Source: Mobula hypostoma
Lineage: Eukaryota
DNA: 64,000 bases
Direction of reading: 5' to 3'
NCBI RefSeq assembly: GCF_963921235.1
Contig: NC_086097.1
Coordinates: forward strand, 196,914,001-196,978,000
Both the position numbers and the translations under genes were made by a program. Below, one piece after another: positions 60,620 to 64,000 of this stretch. How positions within the stretch are numbered: position 1 is the stretch's first letter; each line of letters begins with the position of its first letter. The notes beneath the pieces are model-generated. The model did no database searches. It was not told the origin of the DNA and saw only the letters and a program-made list of their open reading frames with translations.

Positions 60620-62865
60620 CTGTACTTTGAGGAAAGAGAAGCAGAATAAACAGTGTAAAGACAGTAAGGGAGAAGGGCTGAAATGTGTGTACCTCAATGC
60701 AAGAAGCATCAGGAACAAAGGTGATGAACTGAGAGCTTGGATACATACATGGAATTATGATGTAGTGGCCATTACAGAGACTTGGCTGGCACCAGGGCAG
60801 TAACGGATTCTTAATATTCCTGGATATCAGTGCTTTAAAAGGGATGGGGAGGAGGAGTGGCATTACTGGTCAGGGACACTATTACAGCTACAGAAAGGGT
60901 GGGTAATGTAGCAGGATCCTCTTTTGAGTCAGTATGGGTGGAAGTCAGGAACAGGAAGGGAGCAGTTACTCTATTGGGGGTATTCTATAGGCCCCCTGGT
61001 AGCAGCAGAGATACAGAGGAGCAGATTGGGAGGCAGATTTTGGAAAGGTGCAAAAATAACAGGGTTGTTATCATGGGTGACTTTAACTTCCCTAATATTG
61101 ATTGGCACCTGATTAGTTCCAAGGGTTTAGATGGGGCAGAGTTTGTTAAGTGTGTCCAGGACGGATTCCTGTCACAGTATGCTGACAGGCCGACTAGGGG
61201 GAATGCCATACTAGATCTAGTACTAGGTAATGAACCGGGTCAGGTCACAGATCTCTCAGTGGGCGAGCATCCGGAGGACAGTGACCACTGCTCCCTGGCC
61301 TTTAGCATTATCATGGAAAAGGATAGAATCAGAGAGGACAGGAAAATTTTTAATTGGGGAAGGGCAAATTATGAGGCTATAAGGCTAGAACTTGCGGGTG
61401 TGAATTGGGATGATGTTTTTGCAGGGAAATGTACTATGGACATGTGGTCGATGTTTAGAGATCTCTTGCAGGATGTTAGGGATAAATTTGTTCTGGTGAG
61501 GAAGATTAAGAATGGTAGGGTGAAGGAACCATGGGTGACAAGTGAGGTGGAAAATCTAGTCAGGTGGAAGAAGGCAGCATACATGAGGTTTAGGAAGCAA
61601 GGATCAGATGGGTCTATTGAGGAATATAGGGAAGCAAGAAAGGAGCTTAAGAAGGGGCTGAGAAGAGCAAGAAGGGGGCATGAGAAGGCCTTGGTGAGTA
61701 GGGTAAAGGAAAACCCAAAGCATTCTTCAAATATGTGAAGAAAAAAGGATGACAAGAGTGAAGGTAGGACCGATTAGAGATAAAGGTGGGAAGATGTGCC
61801 TGGAGGCTGTGGAAGTGAGCGAAGTCCTCAATGAATACTTCTCTTCAGTATTCACTAATGAGAGGGAACTTGATGATGGTGAGGACAATATGAGTGAGGT
61901 TGATGTTCTGGAGCATGTTGATATTAAGGGAGAGGAGGTGTTGGAGTTGTTAAAATACATTAGGACGGATAAGTCCCCGGGGCCTGACGGAATATTCCCC
62001 AGGCTGCTCCACAAGGTGAGGGAAGAGATTGCTGAGCCTCTGGCTAAGATCTTTATGTCCTCGTTGTCCACGGGAATGGTTCCGGAGGATTGGAGGGAGG
62101 CAAATGTTGTCCCCTTGTTCAAAAAAGGTAGTGGAGATAGTCTGGGTAATTATAGACCAGTGAGCCTTAAGTCTGTGGTAGGAAAGCTTTTGGAAAAGAT
62201 TCTCAGAGATAGGATCTCTGGGCATTTAGAGAATCATGGACTAATCAGGGACAGTCAGCATGGCTTTGTGAAGGGCAGATCATGTCTAACAAGCCTGATA
62301 GAGTTCTTTGAGGAGGTGACCAGGCATATAGATGGGGGTAGTGCAGTGGATGTGATCTATATGGATTTTAGTAAGGCATTTGACAATGTTCCACACGGTA
62401 GGCTTCTTCAGAAAATCAAAAGGCATAGGATCCAGGGAAGCTTGGTCAGGTGGATTCAGAATTGGCTTGCCTGCAGAAGGCAGAGGGTCGTGGTGGAGGG
62501 AGTACATTCAGATTGGAGGATTGTGACGAGTGGTGTCCCACAAGGATTTGTTCTGGGACCTCTACTTTTCGTGATTTTTATTAACGACCTGGATGTGGGG
62601 GTAGAAGTGTGGGTTGGCAAGTTTGCAGATGAAACAAAGGTTGGTGGTGTTGTAGATAGTGTAGAGGATTGTCAAAGATTGCAGAGATGTTGATAGGATG
62701 CAGAAGTGGGCTGAGAAGTGGCAGATGGAGTTCAACCCGGAGAAGTGTGAGGTGGTACACTTTGGAAGGACAAACTCCAAGGCAGAGTACAAAGTAAATG
62801 GCAGGATACTTGGTAGTGTGGAGGAGCAGAGGGATCTGGGGGTACCTGTCCACAGATCCCTGAAA
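60620..62865 (+). mobile_element. Young CR1 ORF2 segment (EN-RT), truncated at both ends; same family as 3822-6175
   Basis: ORFs 60857-61738, 61749-62693 and 62698-62886 are nearly identical to the 3.8-5.6 kb copy. Confidence 0.95.
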
Positions 62866-63002
62866 CGTGATCAGATCTTCATGTAAGTCCTAAAACTAGA
62901 TAAAGAGAACCTAATTAAATAATAACACAAAACATCATACCTCTTCATTTATTTATTGAGAAAAATGACCCAATATTGCATGTATTTGTTGGAGGAAGTA
63001 TG
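62866..63002 (+). mobile_element. Tc1/mariner subterminal fragment
   Basis: tgatcagatcttcat...aataacacaaaac...ttggaggaagtatg resembles Tc1 IR/DR ends (from memory). Confidence 0.5.
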
Positions 63003-63430
63003 CACTCCTCCGTGCCTCTGTTCTGTAATACTGCCTTGTCCAATCAATCATAGCAGAAGTCCTGCACCGATTTAACTTCCAAAATGCATCACCTTACTTA
63101 TCTGTATTGAAATCCATTTGCCACTCCTTGTCCCATTACCCTAACTGACCAAAATCCCCCTAACTGACCAAAATCCCCCTGTAAGCTATGATAACTTCTT
63201 CAGTATCAACAGCATCTAATTCTGTGTCATCCTCAAATTTACTGATCAAGCCTTATGCATTTGCATGCAGATTATGTACATCAATAATGAATACTGTAAT
63301 GAGTTTCCCAACACCAACCCTGTGACACCCCACTTGTCACTGGCCTCCAATCTGAGAAAGAACCTTCAGCGACCACCCTCAGCTTCCATCCTTCAAGCCA
63401 ATTTTGAATTCACCTAACGAGCCATTACAG
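63003..63430 (-). mobile_element. Degenerate CR1 RT fragment; its 3' part is probably at 60290-60580
   Basis: ttccaaaatgcatcacc...ccatttgccactc...tgtcatcctcaaatttactgat; 19-bp tandem duplication at 63139-63176. Confidence 0.75.
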
Positions 63431-63489
63431 ATTTTAAAAGACTTTAAAAGTGTGCCACAATTCACCTTCCAGTATAAAAACTAATCTTT

Positions 63490-64000
63490 CTTGTTATTAG
63501 CCATGCTGTGCCTGGTTGTTATCCATCGCATCTGACAATGACTGGAAACCTGTGCCGGATAGTTTTTCAAATGGAAAAACCATTACACTGGATCAGTTCC
63601 ACTCTCTCGTCCTCAGAAAACTGGTCCAGTGGTATGAGCAAGCGTCACAAACTGGTGTCTTCGTTGGTTGCAGTGGATGACAAACATTCTCTGTGTCTTG
63701 TCATGCCCTTTGCTCTCCATGGAGCGTTGCAGTACCGTCTTCCTAGCGTTGGATCTTAACTATAGATCTCATCTGTCCCGTCCATCAGAGCTAACTTTGC
63801 ATGCTAGGACAGACATGTTCCTAACTCAACTGGCTAAGCGGCTGCCAGCTACCCTCATCCGTTTAGCCTGCCTGTCAAAGTCGTGGCTATTGCATGCATA
63901 CAGCTCCCTGAAGCCACACAAGAGCCGAGTGTCCATTGGGGATGGAAGGTGACAGAGCTACTCCAGAATAAATACAATAAGCCCATTCACTAGAGGTGAT
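63490..64000 (-). mobile_element. RTE-like 5'UTR-derived repeat (runs off the window)
   Basis: Minus strand cacctctagtgaatgggctt resembles the RTE/BovB 5' motif ggtgaaggggctt; no credible ORF. Confidence 0.45.

Noticed and set aside
63780..64000. Second HDV-like ribozyme in the terminal RTE-like repeat (minus-strand GCTAAA...GAG)
   Set aside because: Too degenerate and cut by the window edge; P1, P3 and L3 cannot be assigned.
1..64000. CRISPR array, operon, retron or other prokaryote-type system
   Set aside because: The DNA is eukaryotic intron/exon sequence with no regularly spaced repeat-spacer array; all RT ORFs are CR1, L2 or Rex1 LINE type.

Overview
Vertebrate genomic DNA, most likely from a cartilaginous fish (probably a ray). 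That assignment is an inference from the repeat content: CR1 LINEs with an esterase ORF1, HE1/V-SINE-like SINEs, Penelope and Rex1 elements. The only host gene is the 3' half of ROCK1 on the + strand. Twelve GT-AG exons between 473 and 47864 splice in frame to 508 aa plus a stop (coiled coil, Rho-binding region, split PH domain with C1 insert), followed by a ~1.4-1.6 kb 3'UTR. Nearly every long ORF in the supplied track is a decayed retrotransposon ORF or its antisense shadow. I found no novel multi-gene system. The most interesting signals are: (1) an 83-bp tandem duplication that copies a ROCK1 splice acceptor; (2) at least seven decayed minimal hammerhead-ribozyme motifs in Penelope-derived repeats, two of them as TSD-flanked ~100-140 bp mini-insertions starting at the ribozyme; (3) a candidate HDV-like ribozyme core in an RTE-like element; (4) a teleost-looking L2 LINE, a possible horizontal transfer; (5) EDSD-G in place of the DETD-G caspase site; (6) an intronic stop/polyA alternative end for ROCK1; (7) a TE-free 3'UTR rich in miRNA seeds. 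Comparisons with human ROCK1/2 and with repeat families are from memory and need database confirmation. TE boundaries are approximate unless a TSD is quoted.
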